Sequence record: PP216085
Reading direction: 5' to 3' (one strand)
DNA from: Escherichia phage vB_EcoM_HZ_ZJUN4
Length of the DNA: 64,000 nt
A model generated the notes under the pieces. The model was given only the letters and a program-made list of their open reading frames with translations, was not told the origin of the DNA and did not search any database. Both the position numbers and the translations under genes were made by a program. Shown in pieces: positions 11,045 to 29,459 of the stretch (position 1 is its first letter; each line of letters opens with the position of its first letter).

Positions 11045-11064
11045 TCCCATAATAAGGTTATATC

Positions 11065-12630
11065 TTAGATACCTTTAACATATACACGGCGGAAGTAAGC
11101 GTTTTTACCAAGGCTATTCAGAATAGAAGGCATACCGCTCTGGATGCGAGAAGCCGGAGCCTGAGCAGCGGATTCTGCAAATGGGTTGATACCGATACCG
11201 TAACGAGTTTTGAATCCCATTACTGGTTGGAAGTTCTTCGGATCGGAACCACGCAGCGGAGTCAGAGCTACATATGGAGCATAGTAAATACCAGCATCCA
11301 TTTCGTTCGGACCTTTATAACCTACAGTGAAATAATCCTGTTTAGCATACTGGTCGATATATACACGGTATTTACCACCCAGAACACCCGCAAATACTGA
11401 CTTGGTAGTATCAGTGTTAAAGCCGGTAGCCAGACCCTGTGCAGCATAAGAAATGCCAGTATCAACTGAAGCCAGAACGTTAACTACGTTACGGGAAGCG
11501 ATAATGAAGTTACCTTCACCACGACCGGTCTGACGAGCAATTTCAACTGCTTCTTTGTCAATCTGGAACAACAGAGCTTTAAAGGATTCACCCGCCCAGC
11601 GAGCACCACGAATATCAATCGGATCCTGGAAGTCAAATACACCAGCTTTAGAACCCGGAGTCAGGGTCATACCAGATTTACCAACCTGAGCCGAGTAGTT
11701 AATCCAATCGACAACTTCACGGTTGATTTCCAGCATGATTTCTGTAGCCAGAATACCAGACAGTTCAGCATCAGCATCCATACCGTGAACAGCGCGGAGG
11801 TCTTGTGCTAATTCGATAGAGTAAGCAGCTTTCAGCTGGCGAGATTTAGCTTCGATAACTTGTTTATCGATACGGAAGCCCATTTCATTCCATGGGTTAT
11901 CGGTAGAACCGTTGAAACCTTCCTGAAGTTCAGCGATAGAAGTAGCCATACCTTCAGCGATTTCTACCAGTACACCAGCTTCCATTTGTTTCTTAATTTC
12001 AGCATCTAATTTAGCTGCGTCAGTTGCACTAGTATCAATTTGCTTAACTTCTGTAGCTTGCAGATACACAGTACCAGTGTCCTGGAAGAAGTGGGTGTAA
12101 ATAGTTCCAACTTCAAGAGTATCACTTGCTTTCAAAGCAGCGAATTTCTTAGCAGCACCCTGACCAGAGAACATTGCATCTGGACCATACATTGGGTGGA
12201 ATGCTTCTTTAGCACCGGCAGCGATTGGGTCTTTACCATATACTGCGCGCAGTGCGAATACCTGACCGGTCGGGCTATTCATCGGCTGAACACCGCAAAT
12301 ATCGAAAGCAATCAGGTTAGGAATAGCACGACGTACCATACCCATAACAGCTGGGCCAATCTGAGTTACTGCACCAGAAGTCTGACCGGCAGCGATGTTA
12401 GTAGCATTGTAACCGTGGTCACCACCGATTTCAGCTTCTGTTAAGAAAGAACCGAACGCCTGAGCGATTTTTTCGTCTTTGTACTCTGGAGCTGTCTGGA
12501 AATCTTTTTCCTGGTTTTCAAAGATTTTAGCGATAATCGCTTGTTTGCTATTAGCAATTTCCGGTAAACCTTCACCTTCCAGTAATGGCTTCCATTTGTT
12601 CAAAAGTTCAGCTTTAGTTTTGATAGTCAT
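11065..12630 (-). CDS. 23: major capsid protein gp23
   Basis: 521 aa; N-terminus MTIKTKAELLNKWKPLLEGEGLPEIANSKQAIIAKIFENQ recognised as T4 gp23. Confidence 0.97.
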   Translation of the reverse strand: MTIKTKAELLNKWKPLLEGEGLPEIANSKQAIIAKIFENQEKDFQTAPEYKDEKIAQAFGSFLTEAEIGGDHGYNATNIAAGQTSGAVTQIGPAVMGMVRRAIPNLIAFDICGVQPMNSPTGQVFALRAVYGKDPIAAGAKEAFHPMYGPDAMFSGQGAAKKFAALKASDTLEVGTIYTHFFQDTGTVYLQATEVKQIDTSATDAAKLDAEIKKQMEAGVLVEIAEGMATSIAELQEGFNGSTDNPWNEMGFRIDKQVIEAKSRQLKAAYSIELAQDLRAVHGMDADAELSGILATEIMLEINREVVDWINYSAQVGKSGMTLTPGSKAGVFDFQDPIDIRGARWAGESFKALLFQIDKEAVEIARQTGRGEGNFIIASRNVVNVLASVDTGISYAAQGLATGFNTDTTKSVFAGVLGGKYRVYIDQYAKQDYFTVGYKGPNEMDAGIYYAPYVALTPLRGSDPKNFQPVMGFKTRYGIGINPFAESAAQAPASRIQSGMPSILNSLGKNAYFRRVYVKGI

Positions 12631-12648
12631 TTGTGTTAACCTTTAAAA

Positions 12649-13458
12649 TTAGAAACGAGATGCGACTTTCGCATATACACTTACAATATCTTCTGCACCA
12701 GGTGCAGCTTTATCTTCTACAGCTTCAGTGACGAAATTCAGTCCGGCTGCTTCAGTATCAGGAGTATTTATACCCTCAGTAATAGTGCTTTCATCTTTAT
12801 TAGACTTCTTCACCATTTCTACGATGGCACTCAATTTATTTGAGAATTCATCTGAATAATCCATACCTTCGACCAGAGCAGAGACTTTTTCTTTTTGAGA
12901 CTCAGTCAGATCTTTAGTACTTTCGCTCAATGCCACTTCACGCTGCACATAATTGATATATGCGTCGCGCATATTGAGTTCTTCGAACAGACGAGCTGAT
13001 TCTTCTTTATGTTCTTGCAGCTCTTCTTCCATTTCAGCCACAACATCAACTGATTCTTCTGGAACAACAACGTTGTGTTCAACAAAGAGCTCTTTTAATC
13101 CACCAAGCATGGATTCAAACAGTTCGGCTTTGATGCCTTTATCAACTGCTAATTTATTTTCAGCGAGCCATTCTTTCGCAAGATGGTCGATGAATTTAGA
13201 AGCTTGCTCAGCGATTTTCTTCTCAGCTTTTTCTTCGGCTTCTTCTTTATTTTTTTCTACTTCTTCTTCTGCTTTTTCAGCAATTTTAGCGATATGAGAT
13301 TCAGCTAATTTAACGGCGTGCTGCTTGACGGTAGCTTCGAATACAGTGCCGAAAGTTTCTTTTGCTTCCGGAGAAATATTAACTGATTCGAAAATACTAT
13401 CAAGAGCAACGGAAGCATCAATTTTTTGCGCTTCAGCAATCAGTTGTTCTTTAAGCAT
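12649..13458 (-). CDS. 22: prohead core scaffold protein gp22
   Basis: 269 aa; acidic, coiled-coil-rich; synteny 21-22-23. Confidence 0.9.
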   Translation of the reverse strand: MLKEQLIAEAQKIDASVALDSIFESVNISPEAKETFGTVFEATVKQHAVKLAESHIAKIAEKAEEEVEKNKEEAEEKAEKKIAEQASKFIDHLAKEWLAENKLAVDKGIKAELFESMLGGLKELFVEHNVVVPEESVDVVAEMEEELQEHKEESARLFEELNMRDAYINYVQREVALSESTKDLTESQKEKVSALVEGMDYSDEFSNKLSAIVEMVKKSNKDESTITEGINTPDTEAAGLNFVTEAVEDKAAPGAEDIVSVYAKVASRF

Positions 13459-13485
13459 TTTGTAGTCCTGTTGTTTAGATAATAA

Positions 13486-13493
13486 TATTTATA
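13486..13493 (-). promoter_or_regulatory. late promoter box for gene 22
   Basis: TATAAATA on minus strand 28 nt upstream of the gp22 ATG. Confidence 0.5.
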
Positions 13494-14127
13494 ACGCTTT
13501 TTTCATGGCCTCTGCGAGAGCCATATAGGCGTCATCGGCACTTGTATCGGCTTCCGCCGTCTGTGATTCGGTAATTTCCTTAGGAGTTACCCATGCATCT
13601 GGAGCACTTGGACCCCATACTGCATCAACACCTACAGTTAATTTGAATCCTTCGTTTACGATACGATAACCTTTATTTGTGTCAGTCAATGAACCTAATC
13701 CACGAGAAGAAACTCCTGGAATCCATCCGGCACGAATATTAGCTGCTAATTTATCTCCAGGACCGTGGTCACCTTCAATAACACGAGCTCGTCCGTATAC
13801 GTCATTTCCTTTCCACCACATATCTTCTATAATGATAGCGGCTTGCATCGGGTCAACATTAGCGCGTGGAGGATGATTTAATTCTCCGAGAGCTTGTTTA
13901 GTTAAAACTTGCTCATTAATATAGTCTTTTACCGCTTTTTCTAATATGCGTTTTGGATAAAGACGTTTATTTCTATTGACGACTTCTGCTTGCATGAATA
14001 TTCCTTCGATGTATAAACCCGGTTTTAAACCTAAGTCTTTTCCATCGTGGGATTCAAGCATTGGCACACCATCAATAATTTCGCCAGGTTGACCCCAAGT
14101 TTCAATTAGTAATTGGGGTTCATTCAT
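13489..14127 (-). CDS. 21: prohead protease gp21
   Basis: 212 aa as in T4; synteny. Confidence 0.9.
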   Translation of the reverse strand: MNEPQLLIETWGQPGEIIDGVPMLESHDGKDLGLKPGLYIEGIFMQAEVVNRNKRLYPKRILEKAVKDYINEQVLTKQALGELNHPPRANVDPMQAAIIIEDMWWKGNDVYGRARVIEGDHGPGDKLAANIRAGWIPGVSSRGLGSLTDTNKGYRIVNEGFKLTVGVDAVWGPSAPDAWVTPKEITESQTAEADTSADDAYMALAEAMKKAL

Positions 14128-14552
14128 TAGCTTAATCCTAATGCTTTACGGCGTTTAAGAGCTTTTTTACGCTTACGCTGAGCACGAGATTGACCTGCTG
14201 GATTGGCAATCTTCGTTTTGGTAGCTTTGCGAGCAATTTGTCTACGTTTTGCTTTAGACAGCCCAGTGGTTTGAAATGCATTACGTTCGCGTGTTTTGCG
14301 GTCTTTAGTACGTGTAATTTCACCACGAGCTGAAACGTGCTTAACAATGAATTCATTTAACGGCATGTTTTCATTAATAGAAGCTAATGCAACTGCTAAA
14401 TCAGTTTCATCATCAAGCATATTCTCGACAATTGTATTTATATCGTCTTTATTTAAAGCAGAAGACAATTCGTCAAAGCGACCCTGTGCTTCAGGAATAA
14501 GTGCTTCGACATTCTCGAGAACTAATTCATGAGTTTCAGGGATCAGAAGCAT
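14127..14552 (-). CDS. 68: prohead core protein gp68
   Basis: 141 aa; basic C-terminus; synteny 20-67-68-21. Confidence 0.7.
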
Positions 14553-14790
14553 TATTCATCATCCTCGTCTTCGTCATCTTCGTCAGAGTCTTTGTCTTTT
14601 TTATCATCACCATCTTCGTCTTCGTCATCATCCTCGTCTTCAGGTTCTTCACCTTCGATTAAGAAATTACGAGCGATAGCGATTTTTTCTTCTTTAATTA
14701 AATCAATCGTTCTTGCAGCCATGGCTTCAGCAAATAATTTACGAGCGGCTACGAGGTCGTTTGATTTAATAGCTTCAATTAAACCTTCCA

Positions 14791-14791
<1 letters not shown>
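14552..14791 (-). CDS. 67: prohead core protein gp67
   Basis: 79 aa ending in a long Asp/Glu low-complexity tail; synteny. Confidence 0.7.
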
Positions 14792-16416
<1,625 letters not shown>

Positions 16417-16448
16417 TTAAGCAGGATGGGGATTTCTCCCCATTCATT

Positions 16449-16940
16449 TTATTCCCAATAATCGAGAGCGAGAGTTACTTCAAAGGTTTGGATTTCATTG
16501 TTTGAATCCCAATCTAATTGAAGTTCACCCACGTTAGTAGGCCACAGGCCTTTAATTTCGACTTCTTTTGTTACAGTTTTAGCGTCACGAGCATATTGGC
16601 GTACAATAGCACTCTTTTTATACTCTGCTGGTTTTCCACCAGTAATTTCGTTTCCTTGCCCAGCAGCAATGCTTTGCCAATCAACAAACTTCTGACGTGC
16701 ATCATGCGCCTCATCATTCATTACTGTAATAGTCCAGTCATCGAATGTACGATCGCCTGCTACGTTAATTTTACGGTTCATAAATCCGACTGGAATTTTT
16801 TCTACAATACCAGCTGGTAAAGCAGTGGCTTTACATTGAAACGTAAAATTTTGTCCAAGATAAGAAATTTCTACTTGGAATAAGTTAGGTCGAGCAAAAT
16901 CACCAGATTCAAACGCTCGTGTTACATCATCTACAAACAT
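16449..16940 (-). CDS. 19: tail tube protein gp19
   Basis: 163 aa as in T4; synteny. Confidence 0.95.
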   Translation of the reverse strand: MFVDDVTRAFESGDFARPNLFQVEISYLGQNFTFQCKATALPAGIVEKIPVGFMNRKINVAGDRTFDDWTITVMNDEAHDARQKFVDWQSIAAGQGNEITGGKPAEYKKSAIVRQYARDAKTVTKEVEIKGLWPTNVGELQLDWDSNNEIQTFEVTLALDYWE

Positions 16941-16954
16941 ATTAGCCTCTGTAG

Positions 16955-17021
16955 TATTTATATCCCTATGTTTAACCTAGGGCATATAGAATTAAAGAAT
17001 TAAGGATATAGTGTATTTATA
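16955..17021 (-). promoter_or_regulatory. two late promoter boxes upstream of gene 19
   Basis: Minus-strand TATAAATA at 16955-16962 and 17014-17021. Confidence 0.45.
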
Positions 17022-17056
17022 TGGCCTGCCGAAACAGGCCTTTAGAATGCACCATA

Positions 17057-19036
17057 TTAACCTGCAAGACCAGTTAACTCATCGAAATCTGCACCAGTAG
17101 CAGTTGCTACGAAGTTCAAGGTAATGTAGTTAATGCTTCTAGCCGGTTGGATGTAGAATGTTGCAACAAACTCATTTCTATCAATTACTGACGGAGTGTT
17201 ATTTGTTGTATCGCAAACTACACGATATTCATAAATTCCACCGAGAGCTTTAATTCCCTGTAAGTATTGGGCAGTTTCTGTGCGGAATGATGAACGAGTA
17301 AACGCGTTGTTTAATTCGAACAAACGATATTTTGAACTACGTCCGATATTCGTTTTCAGCATATTAAACAGACGACGAACGTTAATACGATCAAATGGAG
17401 AAGGAACAGAAGTAGCTGTTTTATCACCATACAATACGTAACCATCACCACCTGTACCGGTTACCGGGTTGATAGCTTCTTGGTATAAACGATCGCGCTG
17501 CGCCTGGCGAGTTTCAATAGCAAGTTTAATAACGTTAAGAATCTGGCCGCGATTATAACCAGCTGGAGACATCCAAGTCTGAGAAACGTTATCGGTTCTT
17601 GCACATAAACCGGCAATATCAGCTGCTAATGGAACCCAACGATTCACATCATTATATTTGTCATACTGATACTTGTAGTTACCATCAATTGCTGCGTAGG
17701 TTGAACTGATATTAAAGTTATTATCGGTGTATGAACCTGCTGCAGTTCTCCAATTGACTAAGTTATCAACAGCACGAGTTACAGGAATTCCAACTACAGT
17801 TTCACGCGGTGGTGAGCACAATACTAAGCAATCTTGGCGAGCATCCCCAATTGAAACGACGTGTTTTTGGACAGTAGATGCTGTTTCTAAAGATTCACCG
17901 GCACAAGAACCCGCAATAAACAACTGAACGTCAACAGATTCACGGTCAGCAAAGAAGTCCCAGGCTTCCATCAAATCTCCTGCTGTTACTTCAGCATTTG
18001 ACGATAATCCACCAGACAGAGTTAAAATTCCGGAGAAGCCTTCTGGCCAGTTTTGTGCAGTTGCGAAAATATATTCTGAACCGCCTTTTGCGAAAAAGTC
18101 ATCAATATAGATGTTACTATCGTAAATATCTTTTTCACCACGCTTTGTTGAAAGAACAACGCTTTGAACAATAGCATCATTACGACGAACTATAATAGCG
18201 TATTGCGAATCAGTTTGTGGTCCATATCCAAACACTGCTTTGGCAGTAGATGCGCGTGTTCCGCCACCTGGATAAATTGGTAGTAATGCAGAAGCACCTT
18301 TTGCGTAGTCAGCTTTAGATACGATTTCGATTTCGATTTTATCGCCCAACTCGCCTGGATAAAGAGCTACTACTCCTGGAATTCCATATTTTTCGAGATT
18401 TGTTTGAAATTCAACTGCTGTCATAGCAGCTTCAGCATTTTCAATCTCAGCTAATAAAATACCGGAATCAGTAATAATTTTTCCAAGAGTTATTACTGCA
18501 GCTAAACCAGATGAAGACGAAGAAATTTCCGCGGTCCAGTTAGAACCTAATGCTGGATATTCACCGACTTCTTTCGCTTTAGCGATAATTTTTGCGGTAG
18601 GAATATTAATTTTCTTAATTTTTCCATCAGCATCTACTTCGGTAATTTTACCTTCCGTTTCAATGTCTTCTGAAACATACTTAACTGTGATTTTATCTCC
18701 AACCGCGTAGTTACTACCTGGAGTAGAAATAGTGTATTCAATATTACCGGCAATCGGAGATGAGTTTTTAGCGGTATCTCTATCGACAGCACGCACAACT
18801 CGCAAATCATTTCCATATTGTAAGAAATTCATTGCAGACATAAAATAGTCAGCAGTTTCAGCTGTAGGTTGACCAAAAGTATTAACTAAATCTACTTCAT
18901 TTGTAACCTGTTTAATCTGAAAAGCAGGACCCCACTGGAATTTACCGGCCAAAGCTGCTGTACCAGTAGAGTTATTAACCACGGTGCTTTGAACCGTAGT
19001 TTCTTTGAGCTCAATGCCCGGAGATAATAAAGTCAT
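17057..19036 (-). CDS. 18: tail sheath protein gp18
   Basis: 659 aa as in T4; synteny. Confidence 0.95.
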   Translation of the reverse strand: MTLLSPGIELKETTVQSTVVNNSTGTAALAGKFQWGPAFQIKQVTNEVDLVNTFGQPTAETADYFMSAMNFLQYGNDLRVVRAVDRDTAKNSSPIAGNIEYTISTPGSNYAVGDKITVKYVSEDIETEGKITEVDADGKIKKINIPTAKIIAKAKEVGEYPALGSNWTAEISSSSSGLAAVITLGKIITDSGILLAEIENAEAAMTAVEFQTNLEKYGIPGVVALYPGELGDKIEIEIVSKADYAKGASALLPIYPGGGTRASTAKAVFGYGPQTDSQYAIIVRRNDAIVQSVVLSTKRGEKDIYDSNIYIDDFFAKGGSEYIFATAQNWPEGFSGILTLSGGLSSNAEVTAGDLMEAWDFFADRESVDVQLFIAGSCAGESLETASTVQKHVVSIGDARQDCLVLCSPPRETVVGIPVTRAVDNLVNWRTAAGSYTDNNFNISSTYAAIDGNYKYQYDKYNDVNRWVPLAADIAGLCARTDNVSQTWMSPAGYNRGQILNVIKLAIETRQAQRDRLYQEAINPVTGTGGDGYVLYGDKTATSVPSPFDRINVRRLFNMLKTNIGRSSKYRLFELNNAFTRSSFRTETAQYLQGIKALGGIYEYRVVCDTTNNTPSVIDRNEFVATFYIQPARSINYITLNFVATATGADFDELTGLAG

Positions 19037-19064
19037 TTTTAATCCTCTTTAATATGCTTTAATA

Positions 19065-22205
<3,141 letters not shown>

Positions 22206-22246
22206 GATTTCTCCTAATCTGGGCTTTAATTAGTTTATAATATTTA

Positions 22247-23948
<1,702 letters not shown>

Positions 23949-23961
23949 TTAAAAATCCTTT

Positions 23962-23977
23962 GGGGCCTTGCGGCCCC
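23962..23977 (-). terminator. hairpin between wac and gene 13
   Basis: GGGGCC-TTGC-GGCCCC; U-rich tail on minus strand. Confidence 0.5.
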
Positions 23978-23980
23978 ATG

Positions 23981-25438
23981 TTATGCTGGTGATAAAAAGG
24001 TAGAAAGTAGTACCCATTCGCCGTCTTTACGAACGTAAGCTTGGCCATCTTTTGGAGCTTCAGGGATATAACCTGCTTCCTGTAAAGTCTGAACATCCCC
24101 CTGTAATGAAGATACATTACTTTTAATACTACGCATTTCTTGATTAATAGAAGAAATGTTAGTTTCATTAGCTTTTATTGAATTAGTTAATCCGCGCTCT
24201 TCTACCGTTGAACCATTTGGATTTGTGCCGCTTACTAGTTTATTTAGTGCAACAACTTGGCCTTTAATTCCAGTAGTGTTATTACCAATTTCAACTTGTA
24301 AGTTTTGAACATCATTGTTCAGTCTATTAACTGAAGTTTCAACAGTTGAAACCCTATTTAAAAGAGACCCAGGAGGAGAAGGCTGACCTCCACTAGAATC
24401 AGTTCCAACGATTTGGTTTAGCCATGAAACGTTTGCTCGTAGTCCAGATGAAGTGTTTTCACCAACAATTCCATTTAAAAACTCAATAGATGTTGTATTA
24501 TCTTTAATTCTACCTTTAATACTAGAAGGAATATCATCTGAGCCAATTGACGTTTCAATGACAGTCAATCGTTGTTTAATACCTCCGCTTTTATTTAGTT
24601 CATCATTTAAAGCTGAAACTTCTCGTGTATTAGTGTTAACATCTGTGATTATTGAAGTATTTCCTGGATATCCAATAGAAGTTTTGATAGATTTAATTTC
24701 GGAACTAAGATTAATCTGCGATTGATCTAAATTATGAACACGTGAATATATGCTTTCACTGAATGAAGATGGTCTTTGTCCAAGTTCTTGTCTAAGATTT
24801 CCGACTTCAATTGTCAGTGAACCTACATCAGATTCAATAAATTTTTCTTCCAAATCACTTAGACGTATTCCTTGGGAAGTTATAGCATCTGTATTATTAA
24901 TGATACGGTGCTTCATCCCCGTGCTGCTATTTCCTACAACAGGAAGACCATTAATGTCTTGCCCAGCATATTGTCCTAATTCCCTTTTAATCCATAACAA
25001 ATCATTTCTAATCGTTCTATAAACTGAATTTGCTTGCGAATTAAATGGACCAATATCAGAAAGAATATTATCAACCGTGGTATTTGTACCATTTAATATA
25101 TCAGTGTGTTCATTCGTGAGTGTCTTTAAATTTGATATATCATTTTTATTAATGCTGATCTGTGATAGCGCTTCTATATCTCCTGATACATCTAAAATGC
25201 CTTGAATGGTTTTAATATCTTCCTGAGATGTTTCAATGGCAGTTTTAAGAATTCCTACATTTTCGTCGAGAACCTCGACATTTTTAAACACGGAAACAGT
25301 TGGTCTATTCATTGACCCATCGTTTCCATACTTAGTACTAGCTCCTAATATTTCTTCACCATTTTTAATCCATGAAATACGTTCCTGACCTTCGCCAGGA
25401 ACGCTATCAACAAAAGGTAACTCTTTTAATTCAATCAT
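23981..25438 (-). CDS. wac: fibritin (whisker) Wac
   Basis: 485 aa; coiled-coil heptads; C-terminal foldon [27 protein letters not shown] recognised. Confidence 0.92.
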   Translation of the reverse strand: MIELKELPFVDSVPGEGQERISWIKNGEEILGASTKYGNDGSMNRPTVSVFKNVEVLDENVGILKTAIETSQEDIKTIQGILDVSGDIEALSQISINKNDISNLKTLTNEHTDILNGTNTTVDNILSDIGPFNSQANSVYRTIRNDLLWIKRELGQYAGQDINGLPVVGNSSTGMKHRIINNTDAITSQGIRLSDLEEKFIESDVGSLTIEVGNLRQELGQRPSSFSESIYSRVHNLDQSQINLSSEIKSIKTSIGYPGNTSIITDVNTNTREVSALNDELNKSGGIKQRLTVIETSIGSDDIPSSIKGRIKDNTTSIEFLNGIVGENTSSGLRANVSWLNQIVGTDSSGGQPSPPGSLLNRVSTVETSVNRLNNDVQNLQVEIGNNTTGIKGQVVALNKLVSGTNPNGSTVEERGLTNSIKANETNISSINQEMRSIKSNVSSLQGDVQTLQEAGYIPEAPKDGQAYVRKDGEWVLLSTFLSPA

Positions 25439-25447
25439 TTGTAATCC

Positions 25448-26998
25448 TTAGTAATGAACTTTAATAATATAGTTTAATGATATATTCCATGGTCTAGTTT
25501 CATAACCAATTAATCCTTCACGATTAAGTGTACCATGAGCATCTCTCGGTCCACCTAATTCAAATCCATCATTAGTGAAGTATGAAGCATTATCCCAGTC
25601 GGAATATTTTCTAGTTCCAAGATATCCTTGATAAACTGACGCGCCAAATGGGCCTTCACTTCTGTTATATTCACCCCAACCACCAGCATGTTTATGGTAT
25701 GACATTTGTTGTGCCTGAACACCACCAACATGCATTCCGTCACATCCTACACCAAGTCTATCCTTCCCATAGCCATCTTGTCCTCGTTGATTTAAAATAT
25801 GACCGCCCGTGCCAGCTCCTCTGACGAAAAGACCTCGCATATCAGGAATGCCAGGGTTATTCCAATCACCACCAAATCTTGTTCCAACTGTGTTTCTATA
25901 ATCAGGATATTGATCTCCTGACACGGTTCCGCCGTGGCACATAATCCAACCCGGAGGTGCTGAATCACCCGCAAACATCATAATAGTTCCAACTGGAACT
26001 CTTTCGGACGCATATCTTTCAGTGGCAACAGGTTGATCGCCATTTTTCCACATACCGCCGCGTGACCAAATTCCGTTTGCTGTAAGATGGTCTAAATTTA
26101 AAGAACCATTAATAGTTTGTCCACCACGAGTATTAATTACATCTGCGTTCCATGCTAATGCTCCAGAGCTATCACCCTCGGGGGCAATACCGGCTTGCGT
26201 CGTTAATTTTACCACCCCACGCATAGAACCAGTAGCTCCTCGACCATTTAGTGTTTCACCTGTTACTGCAACATCTCCTAAATTACTGTTAATTTCCGAT
26301 TGTGTTCCTAAACGTATAACACCCTTATATTCTTGTGTTGCAACAGAATTCATAAAGGTATACGGAGAAATTGCATATCCTTCGCGGAGAGTTCCTTGAC
26401 GAGTTTGCGCAACGGTAGATAATTGAACTACACCTCTCACAGATTCTGATGCAGTATCTTCGGAAGGAGCTATTTGTGAAATTAATTTTATTGCAAGTTT
26501 TTGCGTTTTTAATGGAGTCATTGCCGTAGTATCATCAACACCAGCTAAAGCTGCAGGTGTTGATGATATTTTAATAACCCCGTTTGATGACTCAGACGAA
26601 TATCTATTTTGGAACACATCGTCAGTATGGTATTTCAGTTTTTGCGGCGTTATTGATGAATTATTATCTGAGCCTTCTAATGTTTCTTCATTTGTTGAAT
26701 AGCGCGTTAAACCATACTTAGTTTCAGTAGCATTTGGATACAATAATCTTGTTGCTAATGTAGCTGGTGTAACGATTTTAGAATTATTAGTTCCATCTAA
26801 AACCTCTTGCTCTGACGCAATCATTGCTATTCCTTTAACTTCCATAGTTGCATCAGGAATACCATTTACACCGATATTACTTATTTTTGATAATGCAGAC
26901 TGCACTGTCGTGACAGTGTCAGGAAAATTCGATCCAGTAGGATCGAATTTAACATATTTTGATTCATTTGATACGTGCTGATATGTATTGTTACTCAT
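25448..26998 (-). CDS. 12: short tail fibre gp12
   Basis: 516 aa (T4 527); synteny. Confidence 0.9.
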   Translation of the reverse strand: MSNNTYQHVSNESKYVKFDPTGSNFPDTVTTVQSALSKISNIGVNGIPDATMEVKGIAMIASEQEVLDGTNNSKIVTPATLATRLLYPNATETKYGLTRYSTNEETLEGSDNNSSITPQKLKYHTDDVFQNRYSSESSNGVIKISSTPAALAGVDDTTAMTPLKTQKLAIKLISQIAPSEDTASESVRGVVQLSTVAQTRQGTLREGYAISPYTFMNSVATQEYKGVIRLGTQSEINSNLGDVAVTGETLNGRGATGSMRGVVKLTTQAGIAPEGDSSGALAWNADVINTRGGQTINGSLNLDHLTANGIWSRGGMWKNGDQPVATERYASERVPVGTIMMFAGDSAPPGWIMCHGGTVSGDQYPDYRNTVGTRFGGDWNNPGIPDMRGLFVRGAGTGGHILNQRGQDGYGKDRLGVGCDGMHVGGVQAQQMSYHKHAGGWGEYNRSEGPFGASVYQGYLGTRKYSDWDNASYFTNDGFELGGPRDAHGTLNREGLIGYETRPWNISLNYIIKVHY

Positions 26999-27654
26999 GC
27001 TATTCTCTCAAAATAATAAAATACCGTAGGTTGTGTGTGACTATCTAGCGTGACAGTTTGCGCACCTAATAATTGCCAAGTTCCGTATCCAGGTTTAGAA
27101 GGAGAAATTATTTCTTGTTTGAAAGTAATTCCTTTATCAGAGTATTGTTCTAAGATATGTTCTTGGTTATCTAAATACTTAACTTGTATTTTATTTCCTA
27201 TGGTAGGATGGTCTTCAAATGAATCAATTGCAATAAATTTTGCAACCATTTCCTGCAGAGCTGTTCTAACGGCACTGGTAAATTCGATTGAAGTCATTCC
27301 GTTAGTAGCTTTAACAGGAATGCCAAACATATTAACAATAACTGGGTCACCTGGTTTGGCTGAAGTATCATTGACAGTTCCTTCAAATGACCAATAGTCT
27401 GTTTGCTGCACGCCAGTAGGAGATACGCCACTTATATTAACTAATACAGCTCCAACCTGTTGCTCTGCCATATTTCTAACATCATTAATAGCAGATTCTA
27501 CATTTGGGTCATAAAACCCTTTTGCTATTTGTGAAATTGTTACAGCACCTACTGGCTGATTATTCATAACCGAAATATCATTTTTCTTAGTTCTAAAACC
27601 AAGAAAATCTGCTAAGCGGGAAATAACTCCCGCTTTATTATTAAGTAAACTCAT
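26995..27654 (-). CDS. 11: baseplate wedge / short-fibre attachment protein gp11
   Basis: Track ORF is 225 aa; likely true start is [20 protein letters not shown] (219 aa), giving a stop/start overlap with gene 10. Confidence 0.85.
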   Translation of the reverse strand: MSLLNNKAGVISRLADFLGFRTKKNDISVMNNQPVGAVTISQIAKGFYDPNVESAINDVRNMAEQQVGAVLVNISGVSPTGVQQTDYWSFEGTVNDTSAKPGDPVIVNMFGIPVKATNGMTSIEFTSAVRTALQEMVAKFIAIDSFEDHPTIGNKIQVKYLDNQEHILEQYSDKGITFKQEIISPSKPGYGTWQLLGAQTVTLDSHTQPTVFYYFERIA

Positions 27655-29459
27655 TATGCAATCCTTATCCAACGGTATACAGTAATAGACGGTTGAATAT
27701 TACTAATATTAGCAGGAGGAGTATGTGAAGAGTTTGTTGTTGCGTAGTCTTCACGATATTTTGTATATATAGGACCAGTTTCATCTGGGTCATATTGGCA
27801 ACCTCCAATAATAACCGATCCATTTTCGTCTTCAATTAAAACTCTTTCGTCGGTTTTAGTTGCAGGAAGATTTGCGTTTTCAAGCGTTACTGATGTTGTT
27901 CCAACTGTTCCACCGGCAGTATGTGAAGGATTTCCGCTAGAATCTAAATCATTATTGTTTAAAGCAAAGTTTGGATCCGTAACATCATCATTCCATCCTA
28001 CTAAAACTTGTCCTTTACCAAATAATTTCCATGAACCAAATCCCATATAAGTCACCGGATTATTTGGATTTATAGCATTTTCATAAATTGAACCTACAGG
28101 ATAAATGCTATCGAAAATAGATGATATTGAATTATACGTTCTAGTATAAGAATCAACTTTTTCAACATTTGGCCAACCGATTTTATCAAAATCTGTTAAG
28201 GCCACATCACCAGTAACTTCAGTAGATGATCCTTTGCTAACATAGCGGTCATCAGTCAATTCAATAATGTCATCTTTTTCTAAAAGAGTTCCTAAATCGT
28301 TATTGAACCATGTTATAACGATAATGTCACCTGATTCAAATTTTCTATCAAATAAAAGACTGGTAGGTTTTCCATCTTCATATTCTATAGAATAATCTGT
28401 GTTTGATTCTTTCCATTCGCCACCAAGAGATATACATCCTTCTTGTGTATCTGAACTAGCGCCTTCACACAAAAACAGAGGATATCCAGCTGTTCCAGCC
28501 TGCTGCTGTAAAATTCCATTAAAACGAACCTCAAGAGAATTAGGATTAATGGGTTCACCAGGAATTAATCCAAATGCAGAAAATGGAATTGATTTCATCG
28601 CCGATAAATCAGTAACATAAATGCTTCCTTCTAAAGAAGTCTTTGATGTTAGTTTTGAATCTAGTACTTTTATTTGGCGTCTTGTATATGAACTTCTCCA
28701 TTGTGATACACCATCCATAAATGTTTCAATTTGAACAGTGTCACCAATATTACAAGGCTGTCTTAATCGAATATTAAATCCATCAAGAGGAACTAATTCG
28801 CCTTCATTTTCGCCCGGAGAGCCAAAGTCACTGTTTTCACTAAATACATCGCCGTAATACAATTCGTTACCACGATGTTTTACTCTGATGTTATTGACAT
28901 TATAACTAGTTCCATTGAAAACATCTAAAAAGTCAGTTTGTCCTTGAACTTCAACTAAAAATTCTTTGCGAGCTACATTACTAATATCTGAACTAACAAT
29001 TTTGTCAATTTGTTTGTTTTTGACATATTCCCAACGTCCTGGAGCGCAATAAACGAGCTCTAAATCACTAAATTGAATATTAATTTCAACTGACGATGAC
29101 GACCCTTTAATTGTATCTCCGGAAGCAGCTACTAAAGTAACTGGATTGATGTTCCACGTTGCAAATACATCCCTGGCTCTAATTACCTTGTTGTAATCAT
29201 TGACAGTTCCTTTAGGAAGTTGTAGAGTTACTCTTCCAGAAGAGGTATTAATAGCGTATGATTTTCCCCATTCTGCCGTTAGTGTTTGTCCAGATGAAGC
29301 ATCATAAGTTTTCCAGGCACCGGCTGAATATGGAACATCTCCATCACCAAGTTCATAATAAAGTTCATCAAAGTTTTCATTTATTTTTATACCACCTTTA
29401 CGCAGGTAGTCACCGGTACCATCATCAACAACATTACCGATATTAATATTTTGTTTCAT
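27654..29459 (-). CDS. 10: baseplate wedge protein gp10
   Basis: 601 aa; synteny. Confidence 0.9.
   Translation of the reverse strand: MKQNINIGNVVDDGTGDYLRKGGIKINENFDELYYELGDGDVPYSAGAWKTYDASSGQTLTAEWGKSYAINTSSGRVTLQLPKGTVNDYNKVIRARDVFATWNINPVTLVAASGDTIKGSSSSVEINIQFSDLELVYCAPGRWEYVKNKQIDKIVSSDISNVARKEFLVEVQGQTDFLDVFNGTSYNVNNIRVKHRGNELYYGDVFSENSDFGSPGENEGELVPLDGFNIRLRQPCNIGDTVQIETFMDGVSQWRSSYTRRQIKVLDSKLTSKTSLEGSIYVTDLSAMKSIPFSAFGLIPGEPINPNSLEVRFNGILQQQAGTAGYPLFLCEGASSDTQEGCISLGGEWKESNTDYSIEYEDGKPTSLLFDRKFESGDIIVITWFNNDLGTLLEKDDIIELTDDRYVSKGSSTEVTGDVALTDFDKIGWPNVEKVDSYTRTYNSISSIFDSIYPVGSIYENAINPNNPVTYMGFGSWKLFGKGQVLVGWNDDVTDPNFALNNNDLDSSGNPSHTAGGTVGTTSVTLENANLPATKTDERVLIEDENGSVIIGGCQYDPDETGPIYTKYREDYATTNSSHTPPANISNIQPSITVYRWIRIA

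Noticed and set aside
12040-12444. 134-aa plus-strand ORF
   Set aside because: Lies entirely antisense inside the major capsid gene 23; no RBS; Ser/Thr/Cys-rich composition typical of antisense translation
12953-13297. 114-aa Ser-rich plus-strand ORF
   Set aside because: Antisense inside the scaffold gene 22; low-complexity artefact
17024-17040. Hairpin GGCCTG-CCGAAA-CAGGCC as a terminator after gene 18
   Set aside because: On the transcribed minus strand it is not followed by a U-tract and it sits within the late promoter region of gene 19; more likely an RNA-stability or processing hairpin
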